In this document: piece after piece, positions 20,108 to 29,912 of the stretch
How the letters are laid out: each line of letters opens with the position of its first letter
How positions within the stretch are numbered: the stretch's first letter is position 1
Source of the DNA: Dysosmobacter sp.
GTDB lineage: Bacteria > Bacillota > Clostridia > Oscillospirales > Oscillospiraceae
Assembly: GCF_034093755.1 (NCBI RefSeq)
Contig: NZ_JAXEBZ010000063.1
Span: 2,261-66,260 of the forward strand
Length of the DNA stretch: 64,000 nt
Direction: 5' to 3'
Notes under the pieces: model-generated
Told to the model about the DNA's origin: nothing
Seen by the model: the letters and a program-made list of their open reading frames with translations, nothing else
Databases searched by the model: none
Made by a program: the position numbers and the translations under genes

Positions 20108-21338
20108 GACGGTTGTTGTGGTGGGCGGAGGCCCCGCTGGAATGATGGCTGCCATTACCGCCGCGGAGCGGGGGGCGAAGGTTACGCTGCTGGAGCCCAA
20201 CGAGCGGCTGGGAAAGAAGCTGAATATCACCGGAAAGGGCCGCTGCAATGTCACCAACAACGCGGGACTGGAGACGCTGCTGGCCAACGTCCCGGGAAAC
20301 GGAAAATTCCTCTACAGCGCCTTTTCCCGGTTCGACGGCCGGGATACTATGGCGTTTTTCGAGGGCCTCGGCGTGCCGCTGAAAACGGAGCGGGGCAACC
20401 GGGTCTTTCCGGTTTCCGACCGGGCCTTTGACATCAGCGCCGCTCTGGAGCGGCGGCTGAAGGCGCTGCAGGTCACCCTGGTGCGGGACCGGGCGGTTTC
20501 CCTGACCCTAAAGGAGGGAACGGCCCGGGGCGTGAAAGGGGAGAAGGGGGACTATCCGGCGGACGCGGTGATTCTGGCCACCGGCGGCGTGTCCTATCCC
20601 GCCACCGGCTCCACCGGTGAGGGCCACCGGATGGCGGCGGCGGCCGGCCACACGGTCACGCCTCTGCGGGGTTCCCTGGTGCCTCTGCGGGAAAAGGGAA
20701 ACACCTGCGCCCGGATGCAGGGGCTGAGCCTGCGGAACGTGGGGCTGACGGTGTTTGAAAATGACAAGCGGCTCTATACGGACTTCGGCGAGATGCTGTT
20801 CACCCACTTCGGCGTCAGCGGTCCGCTGATTCTGTCGGCCTCCGCCCATATGCGGCATTTCGACAAGAAGAACTACCGCCTGGAGATCGATCTGAAGCCT
20901 GCTCTGGACGAACCGACACTGGATAAGCGGCTGCTGTCCGACTTTGAAAAATACAGCAACAGCGATTTTGCCAACGCCCTGAAGGATCTGCTGCCCCAGA
21001 AGCTGATCCCGGTGATGGTGGACGCCTCCGGCATTCCGCCCCATCAGAAAGTACACGGGATTACCCGGGAACAGCGGCGGGAGCTGCTGCGGTTGCTGAA
21101 GCATTTCCCGGTGGATATCGCCGGCCCCTCCCCGGTGACGGACGCCATTGTCACGGCAGGCGGCGTAAAAATCCGGGAGATCAACCCAACCACAATGGAA
21201 TCAAAGCTTGTAAAGGGATTGCACTTTGCGGGTGAACTGATCGATGTGGACGCCTATACCGGCGGCTTCAACCTCCAGATCGCCTGGGCCACCGGCCGGG
21301 CCGCGGGAGAGGCTGCGGCGGAGGAATACAGCGAATAA
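20100..21338 (+). CDS. HI0933/YhiN family flavoprotein
   Basis: GGGPAGMMAA, GKKLNITGKGRCNVTN, ATGG.SYP.TGSTG, GGFNLQ.A; true start ATG 20100. Confidence 0.93.
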   Translation: MSKTVVVVGGGPAGMMAAITAAERGAKVTLLEPNERLGKKLNITGKGRCNVTNNAGLETLLANVPGNGKFLYSAFSRFDGRDTMAFFEGLGVPLKTERGNRVFPVSDRAFDISAALERRLKALQVTLVRDRAVSLTLKEGTARGVKGEKGDYPADAVILATGGVSYPATGSTGEGHRMAAAAGHTVTPLRGSLVPLREKGNTCARMQGLSLRNVGLTVFENDKRLYTDFGEMLFTHFGVSGPLILSASAHMRHFDKKNYRLEIDLKPALDEPTLDKRLLSDFEKYSNSDFANALKDLLPQKLIPVMVDASGIPPHQKVHGITREQRRELLRLLKHFPVDIAGPSPVTDAIVTAGGVKIREINPTTMESKLVKGLHFAGELIDVDAYTGGFNLQIAWATGRAAGEAAAEEYSE

Positions 21339-21356
21339 AAGGATTGGAACGATTTT

Positions 21357-22031
21357 ATGAATATCAGCGTTGCCATTGACGGCCCCTCCGGGGCCGGAAA
21401 AAGCACCCTGGCCAAGGCGGTTGCCGCTGAGCTGGGGTATTTATATGTGGATACCGGCGCTATTTACCGCACCATCGGCTACTATGCCTGGGCCAACGGG
21501 CTGGACCCCCATGACGGCGCGGCCCTGGCGGCGGCCCTGCCGGGCCTGCGCATCGAAATGCGTTACGGGGACGACGGCCTGCAGCACATGCTGCTGGGCG
21601 GCGAGGATGTCACCGCGCAGATCCGCCTGCCGGAGATCTCCATGTACGCCTCCGCCGTGTCCGCCCATCCGGAGGTCCGCTCCTACCTGCTGGAGATGCA
21701 GCGGGCGCTGGCCAGGAGCAACAGCGTGGTCATGGACGGCCGGGACATCGGCACTGTGGTGCTGCCGGAGGCGCAGGTCAAGGTGTTCCTGACCGCCTCC
21801 CCGGAGACCCGGGCCGCCCGCCGCTGCCGGGAGCTGGAGCAGCGTGGGACGCCGGAGCCCTTTGAGAAGGTTCTGGAGGACATCCGCCGGCGGGATTACA
21901 ACGACACCCACCGGGCCGCGGCGCCTCTGCGCCAGGCGGAGGATGCCGTGTATCTGGACACCACGGAGCTGGATTTCGCGCAGAGCCGCCAGGCCCTGCT
22001 GGATATCATCCGGGAGAGGACGAGCTTATGA
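21357..22031 (+). CDS. cmk: Cytidylate kinase
   Basis: IDGPSGAGKST, DTGAIYR, MDGRDIGTVVLP. Confidence 0.96.
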   Translation: MNISVAIDGPSGAGKSTLAKAVAAELGYLYVDTGAIYRTIGYYAWANGLDPHDGAALAAALPGLRIEMRYGDDGLQHMLLGGEDVTAQIRLPEISMYASAVSAHPEVRSYLLEMQRALARSNSVVMDGRDIGTVVLPEAQVKVFLTASPETRAARRCRELEQRGTPEPFEKVLEDIRRRDYNDTHRAAAPLRQAEDAVYLDTTELDFAQSRQALLDIIRERTSL

Positions 22032-22663
22032 AACCGTTTAACCGACTGTTCGTATTCATTTATTATTTAGTTGGCTTTATTGCCGACATTCTCCACCCGG
22101 TGACGGTGGAGGGGCTGGAAAAGCTGCCGGAGCACGGGGCGCTGCTGTGTCCCAACCACGCCAGCAACTGGGACCCGATTCTGGTGGCGCTGAAGCTGCC
22201 GGTGAATTACCGGCTGCACATTATGGGAAAAGAAGAGCTGTTTCAGTACAAGCTGCTGGGCTGGCTGCTGAGAAAGTGCGGCGTGTTTCCGGTGAACCGG
22301 GGCGCCTCTGACATCCAGGCGGTGAAGACCTCCATTCAGTCCATCAAGCAGGGCGACAACCTGCTGATCTTCCCGGAGGGCACGGTGATCCGGGACGGCA
22401 TCGGCTACGTGGACGGCCTGCCGGCCCACGCCAAGGCCGGCGTGGCGGTGATCGGCGTGCGCACCGGCGCTACCATGATTCCGGTATTTGTGGACGGGAA
22501 GAAAAAGACCTTCCACAGGACCCGCATTATTTTCGGCGATCCCTATCAGCCGGTGTACAGCGGCCGCCACGGCACCTCTGATGAGATGCAGAAGATTGCC
22601 GATGACATCCTGGCCGCCGCCTATGCCCTGGGCGGCCAGAAGGTGGGAGGCGAACCGCTGTGA
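22028..22663 (+). CDS. plsC: 1-acyl-sn-glycerol-3-phosphate acyltransferase
   Basis: NHASNWD (HX4D), IFPEGT. Confidence 0.88.
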   Translation: MKPFNRLFVFIYYLVGFIADILHPVTVEGLEKLPEHGALLCPNHASNWDPILVALKLPVNYRLHIMGKEELFQYKLLGWLLRKCGVFPVNRGASDIQAVKTSIQSIKQGDNLLIFPEGTVIRDGIGYVDGLPAHAKAGVAVIGVRTGATMIPVFVDGKKKTFHRTRIIFGDPYQPVYSGRHGTSDEMQKIADDILAAAYALGGQKVGGEPL

Positions 22664-24624
22664 ACGAAGTGATTCTGGCCAAAAGCGCCGGCTTCTGCTA
22701 CGGCGTGGAACGGGCGGTCCGTCTGGCGGAGGAGACGGCGGACCGGAGCGGCGGCTGCTACATGCTGGGAGATCTGATCCACAACGCCCACGTGGTGCGC
22801 TCCCTGGAGCAGCGGGGCGTCCGGAAGGCGGAGAACCCCGGCGCACTGACGGAACGGGACACGGTGATCATCCGCTCCCACGGTGAGCGGAAGGACGTGC
22901 TGGACCGGCTGGAGGCGGCGGGGGTGTGCTGCGTCAACGCCACCTGCCCCAACGTCATCCGCATTCAGAACCTGGTGGCCCGGGCGGAGCAGGAGGGACG
23001 CCGGGCGGTCATCATCGGCGAGGCCAACCATCCGGAGGTGCTGGGCGTGGCCAGCTGGTGCGCCGATCCGCTGATTTTTGAGGGGCCGGAGGCAGTGCAG
23101 GAATGGCTGGATTCCGATGAAAAAAACCGGGAAATCCCCCTGACGGTGGTGGCTCAGACCACCTGCATTCGTGAACTTTTTGAAACTTCCGCAAAAAAAC
23201 TAAAAAAACAGTGTACAAACGCAAAAATATTTGATACAATATGCAATGCTACGCATAAACGCCAGTCGGAAGCCGCCGAGATCGCGGCCAAAGTTGACGT
23301 TATGGTTGTGGTAGGGGACCGTAAAAGCGCGAACACCAAACATTTGACGGAAATTTGTAAAGAGAGCTGCAGAAACGTTTTCCAGATCGAAAACGCGGAC
23401 GAGCTCTCACCGGATCAGTTCAATGGTTGCTCTGTTGCAGGTCTTACGGCCGGTGCTTCCACGCCTGCGGGCATCATTAAGGAGGTATATGCAACGATGA
23501 GCGAAGAAATCAAAGTGGCCGAGGGCAAAGAGGAGTCCTTCGAGGAATTACTGAATCAGTCTTTCAAAACTTTAAATACAGGAGAGAAGGTCACCGGTAT
23601 TGTCACGGCCATCACCCCCACTGAGGTGCAGGTGGACGTGGGCGCCAAGCAGGCCGCTTACATCAAGCTGAGCGAGCTGTCTGACGATCCCACCGCCAAG
23701 CCCGAGGATATCGTGAAGGTGGGCGACGAGATCGAGACTTACATTGTCCGCGTCAATGACGTGGAGGGCTATGCCGAGCTGTCCAAGAAGCGGCTGGACG
23801 CCGTCAAGATCTGGGAGAACATCGAGAAGGCCGTTGAGGAAAAGACCGTCATGGAAGGCACCGTTACCGAGGAGAACAAGGGCGGTATCGTGGTTTCCGT
23901 CAAGGGCGTGCGGGTGTTCGTTCCCGCTTCCCAGAGCGGCCTGCCCCGCGGCGCGGAGCTGTCCGCCCTGATCAAGACCAAGGTGAAGCTGCGCATCACC
24001 GAGGTGAACCGTGCCCGCCGCCGCGTGGTGGGCTCCATCCGTGCCGTCCAGAACGAGGAGCGTCAGGCTGCTCAGGCCGAGGTCTGGGCCAACATCGAGG
24101 CCGGCAAGCACTACACCGGCACCGTGAAGTCCATGACTTCCTACGGCGTGTTTGTGGACATCGGCGGCGTGGACGGTATGGTACATATCTCCGAGCTGAG
24201 CTGGAGCCGCATCAAGACCCCCGCTGAGGTCTGCAAGGTGGGCGACACCCTGGATGTGTACGTCATCTCTTACGATCCCGAGAAGCGCAAGATCTCCCTG
24301 GGCGTCAAGGATCACAACGTCGATCCCTGGCAGTCCTTCATGAACCAGTATGCTGTGGGCGACGTGGCCTCTGTCCGCATCGTCAAGCTGATGAGCTTCG
24401 GCGCGTTTGCCGAGGTGGTTCCCGGCGTGGACGGCCTGATCCACATTTCCCAGATCGCCGACCGCCGCATCGAGAAGCCCGAGGACGTGCTGTCCGAGGG
24501 TCAGATCGTGGACGCCAAGATCATCGCTGTGGACGAGGAGAAGAAGAAGATCTCCCTGTCCATCCGCGCTCTGCTGGCCCCCGCCGCCGAAGAGGCTGCG
24601 GAGGAGGCTCCCGTGGAGGAGTAA
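22660..24624 (+). CDS. ispH: Bifunctional IspH / ribosomal protein S1 fusion
   Basis: AGFCYGV.RA, IHN, ATCP.V, DTICNAT, TAGASTP, followed in frame by four S1 repeats (YGVFVDIGGVDGMVHISELSW). Confidence 0.95.
   Translation: MNEVILAKSAGFCYGVERAVRLAEETADRSGGCYMLGDLIHNAHVVRSLEQRGVRKAENPGALTERDTVIIRSHGERKDVLDRLEAAGVCCVNATCPNVIRIQNLVARAEQEGRRAVIIGEANHPEVLGVASWCADPLIFEGPEAVQEWLDSDEKNREIPLTVVAQTTCIRELFETSAKKLKKQCTNAKIFDTICNATHKRQSEAAEIAAKVDVMVVVGDRKSANTKHLTEICKESCRNVFQIENADELSPDQFNGCSVAGLTAGASTPAGIIKEVYATMSEEIKVAEGKEESFEELLNQSFKTLNTGEKVTGIVTAITPTEVQVDVGAKQAAYIKLSELSDDPTAKPEDIVKVGDEIETYIVRVNDVEGYAELSKKRLDAVKIWENIEKAVEEKTVMEGTVTEENKGGIVVSVKGVRVFVPASQSGLPRGAELSALIKTKVKLRITEVNRARRRVVGSIRAVQNEERQAAQAEVWANIEAGKHYTGTVKSMTSYGVFVDIGGVDGMVHISELSWSRIKTPAEVCKVGDTLDVYVISYDPEKRKISLGVKDHNVDPWQSFMNQYAVGDVASVRIVKLMSFGAFAEVVPGVDGLIHISQIADRRIEKPEDVLSEGQIVDAKIIAVDEEKKKISLSIRALLAPAAEEAAEEAPVEE
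23212..23240 (+). promoter_or_regulatory. Putative internal promoter within ispH, upstream of the S1 moiety
   Basis: TGTACA-17-TACAAT with TG extension and A-tract upstream; local switch to AT-rich codons; internal SD TAAGGAGGT at 23478 before in-frame ATG 23497. Confidence 0.55.
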
Positions 24625-24638
24625 TCATCCGGCATTTT

Positions 24639-24671
24639 GCAAGGCAGGCCTGCGGGCCTGCCTTGTTTTTT
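24639..24671 (+). terminator. Intrinsic terminator
   Basis: caaggcaggcc-tgcg-ggcctgccttg-tttttt. Confidence 0.85.
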
Positions 24672-24678
24672 CGGGAAA

Positions 24679-24731
24679 TCGTGATTTATTTCACATATTG
24701 GATTGCATTGCACGATTTGCTGTGTTATAAT
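24679..24731 (+). promoter_or_regulatory. Sigma-A promoter with an upstream Rex/Crp-like palindrome
   Basis: TCGTGAtttattTCACAT (24679-24696); TTGCAT(24703)-17-TATAAT(24726). Confidence 0.6.
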
Positions 24732-24796
24732 CGCAAAGTATGAAAATACAATCTGCCTCAAGCGAAAGAGCGAATTGAATCAGGAGGAGATATAGA

Positions 24797-26137
24797 ATGA
24801 CCTATCAGGAACAGTATCAGCAGAAACTGACTACTGCGGCGGAAGCCGTCAAGGTTGTCAAGAGCGGCGACTGGGTGGATTACACCTGGTGCACCAACCA
24901 TCCCATCGAGCTGGACAAGGCTCTGGCGGCCCGGAAGGACGAGCTGCATGACGTGAAGGTCCGGGGCGGCGTGACCATGTGGATGCCGGAGATTGCCAAG
25001 GCGGAGGACGCCGGCGACCACTTTGCCTGGCATTCCTGGCACTGCAGCGGCATTGACCGGAAGATCATTGCCAAGGGCATGGGCTATTTCAGCCCCATGC
25101 GCTATTCCGAACTGCCCCGCTTCTACCGGGAGCATCTGGACCCCGTGGATGTGGTGATGCTGCAGACCACCCCCATGGACGTCCACGGCAACTTCAACTT
25201 CGGCCTGGGCTGCTCTCACATCGCTGATATCATCGCCCGCGCCAAGTGCGTCATCGTGGAAGTCAACGAGAAGATGCCCTGGGTCAACGGCCTCACCGGC
25301 ACCGAGGTGAACATCGCCGACGTGGATATGGTGGTGGAGGGCCAGAACCCCGACGTGGCCCAGCTGGGCGGCGGCGCTGCCCCCACGGATGTGGACGTGG
25401 CCGTGGCCAACCTGGTGGTTCCCCAGATTCCCAACGGCGCCTGCCTGCAGCTGGGCATCGGCGGTATGCCCAACACCATCGGCGCCATGATCGCCCAGTC
25501 CGATCTGAAGGACCTGTCCGTCCATACGGAGATGTACGTGGACGCGTTCGTGGCCATGGCGAAGGCCGGCAAGATCACCGGCCGCTGCAAGGCGCTGGAC
25601 AAGGGCCGTCAGGTGTTTGCCTTCGCTGCCGGCAGCAAGGAGCTGTATGACTATGTGGACCGGAACCCGGACGTGATGGCCGCGCCGGTGGACTACACCA
25701 ACGACGTGCGGGTCATGGCCCAGATTGACAACTTCATCTCCATCAACAACGCCATCGATATGGACCTGTTCGGCCAGGTGAACGCCGAGTCCGCCGGCAC
25801 CAAGCATATCTCCGGCACCGGCGGCCAGCTGGACTTCGCCATGGGCGCGTATCTGTCCAAGGGCGGCAAGAGCTTCATCTGCATGTCCTCCACCATGACG
25901 GACAAGCAGGGCAACGTCAAGAGCCGCATTGTGCCCACCCTGACCCCCGGCTCTATCGCCACCGATCCCCGCAGCTGCACCCACTACATCGTCACCGAGT
26001 ACGGCATGGTGAACATGAAGGGCCTGAGCACCTGGCAGCGGGCGGAGGCGGCCATCTCCCTGGCGCACCCCGACTTCCGGGAGCAGCTCATCAAGGACGC
26101 GGAGAAGATGGGCATCTGGCGCAGAAGCAACAAGTGA
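24797..26137 (+). CDS. but: Butyryl-CoA:acetate CoA-transferase
   Basis: [59 protein letters not shown]. Confidence 0.9.
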   Translation: MTYQEQYQQKLTTAAEAVKVVKSGDWVDYTWCTNHPIELDKALAARKDELHDVKVRGGVTMWMPEIAKAEDAGDHFAWHSWHCSGIDRKIIAKGMGYFSPMRYSELPRFYREHLDPVDVVMLQTTPMDVHGNFNFGLGCSHIADIIARAKCVIVEVNEKMPWVNGLTGTEVNIADVDMVVEGQNPDVAQLGGGAAPTDVDVAVANLVVPQIPNGACLQLGIGGMPNTIGAMIAQSDLKDLSVHTEMYVDAFVAMAKAGKITGRCKALDKGRQVFAFAAGSKELYDYVDRNPDVMAAPVDYTNDVRVMAQIDNFISINNAIDMDLFGQVNAESAGTKHISGTGGQLDFAMGAYLSKGGKSFICMSSTMTDKQGNVKSRIVPTLTPGSIATDPRSCTHYIVTEYGMVNMKGLSTWQRAEAAISLAHPDFREQLIKDAEKMGIWRRSNK

Positions 26138-26145
26138 TTTTCACC

Positions 26146-26177
26146 GGGCGGACGGCAGCTTTGCCGTCCGCCTTTTT
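26146..26177 (+). terminator. Intrinsic terminator
   Basis: gggcggacggca-gctt-tgccgtccgcc-ttttt. Confidence 0.85.
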
Positions 26178-26192
26178 CGGCCCGGAAAACGC

Positions 26193-26221
26193 TTGTCAAT
26201 GGCAGCGCCGGACGGTATAAT
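26193..26221 (+). promoter_or_regulatory. Sigma-A promoter of ispDF
   Basis: TTGTCA-17-TATAAT. Confidence 0.7.
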
Positions 26222-26260
26222 AAAATCGATGCTTCAAAATCTGCCTGAGCGGAGGTTGTT

Positions 26261-26989
26261 ATGGGCTTTTTCAAACGGTTTCGGGACGCAAAGCGCCCCT
26301 TCTGCACCGCGCTGGTGGCTGCGGCCGGCAGCTCCACCCGCATGGGCGGCGGCGTCAGCAAGCTGATGCTGCCGCTGGAGGGCATTCCGGTGCTGGCTCG
26401 GACGCTGCAGGCACTGGACCAGGCCCGGAGCGTGGACGCCATCGTCATCGCCGCCCGGGAGGAGGACATCGTGCCTTTTTCCCAACTGTGCCGCACCTAC
26501 GGCATCGGAAAGCCGGTGAAGGTAGTCCGGGGCGGGGAGAACCGGGAGGCCTCGGTGCTGTGTGCCGCGCTGGAGGCGGACCCCCGCACGCAGCTTCTGG
26601 CGGTGCAGGACGGCGCCCGCCCGCTGGTGACGCCGGAGCTGATCGACACCGTGGTGGAAGCCGCCGCCCGCTGCAGCGCCGCTGCTCCCGCGGTTCCCCT
26701 GAAGGACACGGTGAAGGTGGTACGGGACGGCGCGGTGGCGGAGACGCTGGACCGCAGCACGCTGGCCGCGGTTCAGACGCCCCAGGTGTTTGAGGCCAGC
26801 CTGCTGAAAGCGGCGCTGCAGTCCGCCCTGGAGGCCGGCGCCCAGCTTACCGACGACTGCTCCGCCGTGGAACGGCTGGGGAAGGTGGTCTATCTGGTGG
26901 AGGGCTCTGAGGAGAATTTGAAGATCACCACTCCGGTGGACCTGGTGGTGGCTGCGGCGATTCTGCGGGAAAGGTGGGGGCGGGCATGA
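26261..26989 (+). CDS. ispD: 2-C-methyl-D-erythritol 4-phosphate cytidylyltransferase
   Basis: [31 protein letters not shown]. Confidence 0.95.
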   Translation: MGFFKRFRDAKRPFCTALVAAAGSSTRMGGGVSKLMLPLEGIPVLARTLQALDQARSVDAIVIAAREEDIVPFSQLCRTYGIGKPVKVVRGGENREASVLCAALEADPRTQLLAVQDGARPLVTPELIDTVVEAAARCSAAAPAVPLKDTVKVVRDGAVAETLDRSTLAAVQTPQVFEASLLKAALQSALEAGAQLTDDCSAVERLGKVVYLVEGSEENLKITTPVDLVVAAAILRERWGRA

Positions 26990-27471
26990 CGGCTCTGCGG
27001 ATCGGACAGGGATATGATGTGCACCGGCTGACGGAGGGCCGCCGGCTGATTCTGGGCGGCGTGGACATCCCCTATGAAAAGGGGCTGGACGGCCATTCCG
27101 ACGCCGACGTGCTGGTCCACGCGGTGATGGACGCCCTGCTGGGCGCCGCTAAGGGCGGCGACATCGGCAGGCTGTTCCCGGACACGGATCCCCGGTACAA
27201 GGGCATCTCCAGCCTGGAGCTGCTGCGCCACGTGGCAGCGCTGTTGGGGGAGCGGGGCTATGCGGTGGTGAATATCGACGCCACGCTGATTGCCCAGGCG
27301 CCGAAGATCGCGCCCTATAAGAGCCGGATGGAGGAGAACATCGCCCGCTGCCTGGGCATTGCCCCGGAGCAGGTGAATGTGAAAGCCACCACGGAGGAGC
27401 GTCTGGGCTTCACCGGCGACGGCTCCGGCATGTCGGCCCAGGCGGTTGCCCTTCTGGAGCGGACGAATTGA
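26986..27471 (+). CDS. ispF: 2-C-methyl-D-erythritol 2,4-cyclodiphosphate synthase
   Basis: [35 protein letters not shown]. Confidence 0.96.
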   Translation: MTALRIGQGYDVHRLTEGRRLILGGVDIPYEKGLDGHSDADVLVHAVMDALLGAAKGGDIGRLFPDTDPRYKGISSLELLRHVAALLGERGYAVVNIDATLIAQAPKIAPYKSRMEENIARCLGIAPEQVNVKATTEERLGFTGDGSGMSAQAVALLERTN

Positions 27472-27473
27472 GC

Positions 27474-27505
27474 AAAAGCGGACTGCCGCAGGCAGTCCGC
27501 TTTTT
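27474..27505 (+). terminator. Intrinsic terminator
   Basis: aaaagcggactgc-cgcag-gcagtccgc-ttttt. Confidence 0.8.
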
Positions 27506-27555
27506 GGCACCCCTGTCTTTCCCGTGCGTATGCTGGATAGAGAGGAGGAGTGTCT

Positions 27556-27810
27556 GTGGAATCCATTTTGCTGATCGTGCGGTCGGTGACACAGGCGCAG
27601 CTCATGGAACGCGCCCTGTGGAAAGCCGGAATCCGCGCTTCGATCTCCCGTACGCCCATGGAACTGACTGCCAACAGCGGATGCACCTATGCGGTGCGCA
27701 TCGCCGCGGAGGATCTGGCAGCGGCCATTCAGATGATCAACGGGACCGGTCTGCGTCCCGCGGGAATATATGCTTCCGATTCTCTGGGATACCGGGAGGT
27801 GGCGCCATGA
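27556..27810 (+). CDS. DUF3343 / putative Se-S carrier-like small protein
   Basis: RSVTQAQ..ERAL..GI...RTP....SGC.YAV; RBS ggagg; overlaps the desulfurase start (ATGA). Confidence 0.75.
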   Translation: MESILLIVRSVTQAQLMERALWKAGIRASISRTPMELTANSGCTYAVRIAAEDLAAAIQMINGTGLRPAGIYASDSLGYREVAP

Positions 27811-28940
27811 TCTATCTGGACAGCGCCGCCACCACCTTCCAGAAGCCCGCCGCTGTGGAGCAGGCGGCGGGCAGAGCCTTCCGGGAACTCAGTTCGCCGG
27901 GAAGAGGCGGATATGCCGCTGCCGTGGCGGCGGCGGAAACAGCCCTGGACTGCCGGACGGAGCTGCAGCAGCTCTTTCACGCGGCAGGCCCGGACCGGGT
28001 GGTGTTCACCATGAACGCCACCCACGCCCTGAATATCGCCATCAAGAGCGTGGTTCCGGAGGGCGGGAAAGCCGTGATCTCCGGCTATGAGCACAACGCC
28101 GTAACCCGCCCGCTGGCGTCCCTCGGCGCCGGCGCCGTTGTGGCCTCCGCTCCGCTGTTCCGGCCGGATCAGGCCCTGGAGGCCTTTGACCAGGCTACCC
28201 GGTCCGGCGCGGACGCGGTGATCTGCAACCATGTGTCCAATGTGTTCGGCTTTGCCCAGCCCATAGAGGAGATCGCCGCGCTGTGCCGGGACCGGCACAT
28301 CCCCCTGATCATCGACGCCTCCCAGTCCGCCGGGGTTCTGCCGCTGGATATGACCGCGCTGGGCGCGGCTTATATGGCCATGGCGGGCCACAAGGGCCTG
28401 TATGGTCCGCAGGGCACCGGCGTCCTGCTCTGCGGCGCGGACGCCAATCCGAAGCCGCTGCTGGAAGGGGGGACGGGGAGCCTTTCCCGCCAGCAGGAGA
28501 TGCCGGATTTCCTGCCGGACCGGCTGGAAGCCGGCACCCACAACATGCCCGGCATCGCCGGATTGCTGGAGGGCGTCCGGTTTGTGCGGCGGCAGGGCGT
28601 CCGGAGCATCTGCCGCGGTGAGCGGCAGCTGGCGGCGCTGACGGCCGCGGGACTGCGGCGCCTGCCGGGCGTCCGGGTGTTTGCGAGGGAGGATCTGTTT
28701 GCCCAGACGGGCGTGCTCTCCTTTGTCAGCGACCGGATGGACGCCATGGCCGTGGGCGCGGCGCTGGCGCAGCGGGATATCGCCGTGCGCGCGGGGCTGC
28801 ACTGCGCGCCGCTGGCCCATCAGAGCGCGGGAACCCTTGAGAGCGGGACGGTGCGCGTCAGCTTTTCCGCCCTGAACAGCGAGGTGGAGGTTTTCCGGTT
28901 TCTGGAAACCCTTGCGGACATCCTACAGGGGAAATCTTGA
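27807..28940 (+). CDS. Class V PLP aminotransferase (cysteine desulfurase family)
   Basis: IYLDSAATT, EHNAV, DASQSAG, GHKGLYGPQG, RAGLHCAP. Confidence 0.92.
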   Translation: MIYLDSAATTFQKPAAVEQAAGRAFRELSSPGRGGYAAAVAAAETALDCRTELQQLFHAAGPDRVVFTMNATHALNIAIKSVVPEGGKAVISGYEHNAVTRPLASLGAGAVVASAPLFRPDQALEAFDQATRSGADAVICNHVSNVFGFAQPIEEIAALCRDRHIPLIIDASQSAGVLPLDMTALGAAYMAMAGHKGLYGPQGTGVLLCGADANPKPLLEGGTGSLSRQQEMPDFLPDRLEAGTHNMPGIAGLLEGVRFVRRQGVRSICRGERQLAALTAAGLRRLPGVRVFAREDLFAQTGVLSFVSDRMDAMAVGAALAQRDIAVRAGLHCAPLAHQSAGTLESGTVRVSFSALNSEVEVFRFLETLADILQGKS

Positions 28941-28969
28941 ATATACCGTGAATTTTGGCAGTGTCCACC

Positions 28970-28998
28970 TTGAAATCCTTCCGCATATTCTATATAAT
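28970..28998 (+). promoter_or_regulatory. Sigma-A promoter of cdaA operon
   Basis: TTGAAA-17-TATAAT. Confidence 0.7.
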
Positions 28999-29033
28999 CT
29001 AAAGTACTCATGACTGGGGGAAGGGAGAAGGAC

Positions 29034-29912
29034 ATGGTTCTCAACTGGTTCACAAACTTCGGCAGATATTTGTCGATGATCCGGATCACGGATTATCTGG
29101 ATATGATCATCATGGCCGCGGTGGTTTACAAAATCCTTTCCCTGGGAAAGAACTCCCGGGCCACCAGCCTCTTCAAGGGACTGGGCGTATTCCTGCTGGC
29201 GCTGTGGGTATCCACACTTCTGCAGCTCCACGGAATCAGCTATATCATGGGGCTGCTGGTGAATTGGGGCGTTCTGGCCCTCATCATTCTGTTCCAGCCG
29301 GAGATCCGCCGGATTCTGGAGGAGCTGGGCAGCCGGAAATTCAACATCATGGGCCTGTTTTCCCCCAGAGAATCGCTGACGGCCCTGGACCACGCCATCG
29401 GACAGACGGTGCTGGCCTGCACGGAGATGTCCAAGACCCGCACCGGCGCCCTGATCGTTTTCGAGCGGGAGCTGAAGCTGGATGATATGGTCCGCAGCGG
29501 CACCGTGCTGGACGCGGCCGTGTCCAATGAGCTGCTGAAAAACATTTTCTTCGTGAAGGCGCCCATGCATGACGGCGCGGTGATCATCCGGCAGGGCCGG
29601 GTGCTGGGCGCCGGATGCATGCTGCCGCTGAGCAAAAACGTGAACCTCTCCCGGGACCTGGGCATGCGCCACCGGGCCGGCATCGGCATGAGCGAGAACT
29701 CCGACGCGGTGGTGGTCATTGTGTCGGAGGAGACCGGTTCCATTTCCGTGGCCACCGGTGGAATGCTCAAGCGCCACCTGATGCCGGAAACTCTGGAAAA
29801 TCTCCTGCGGAACGAGCTGCTTCCGCGGGAGTCCCAGGAGGCGGACAAGCGTCGGTTTGACCTGTTTGGATGGCTGCGTGCCAGAAAGGACGGAGCCGGT
29901 GACGATGAATAA
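29034..29912 (+). CDS. cdaA: Diadenylate cyclase CdaA
   Basis: 3 TMs, FQPEIRR.LE, PMHDGA, GMRHRA, VSEETG.IS. Confidence 0.95.
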   Translation: MVLNWFTNFGRYLSMIRITDYLDMIIMAAVVYKILSLGKNSRATSLFKGLGVFLLALWVSTLLQLHGISYIMGLLVNWGVLALIILFQPEIRRILEELGSRKFNIMGLFSPRESLTALDHAIGQTVLACTEMSKTRTGALIVFERELKLDDMVRSGTVLDAAVSNELLKNIFFVKAPMHDGAVIIRQGRVLGAGCMLPLSKNVNLSRDLGMRHRAGIGMSENSDAVVVIVSEETGSISVATGGMLKRHLMPETLENLLRNELLPRESQEADKRRFDLFGWLRARKDGAGDDE

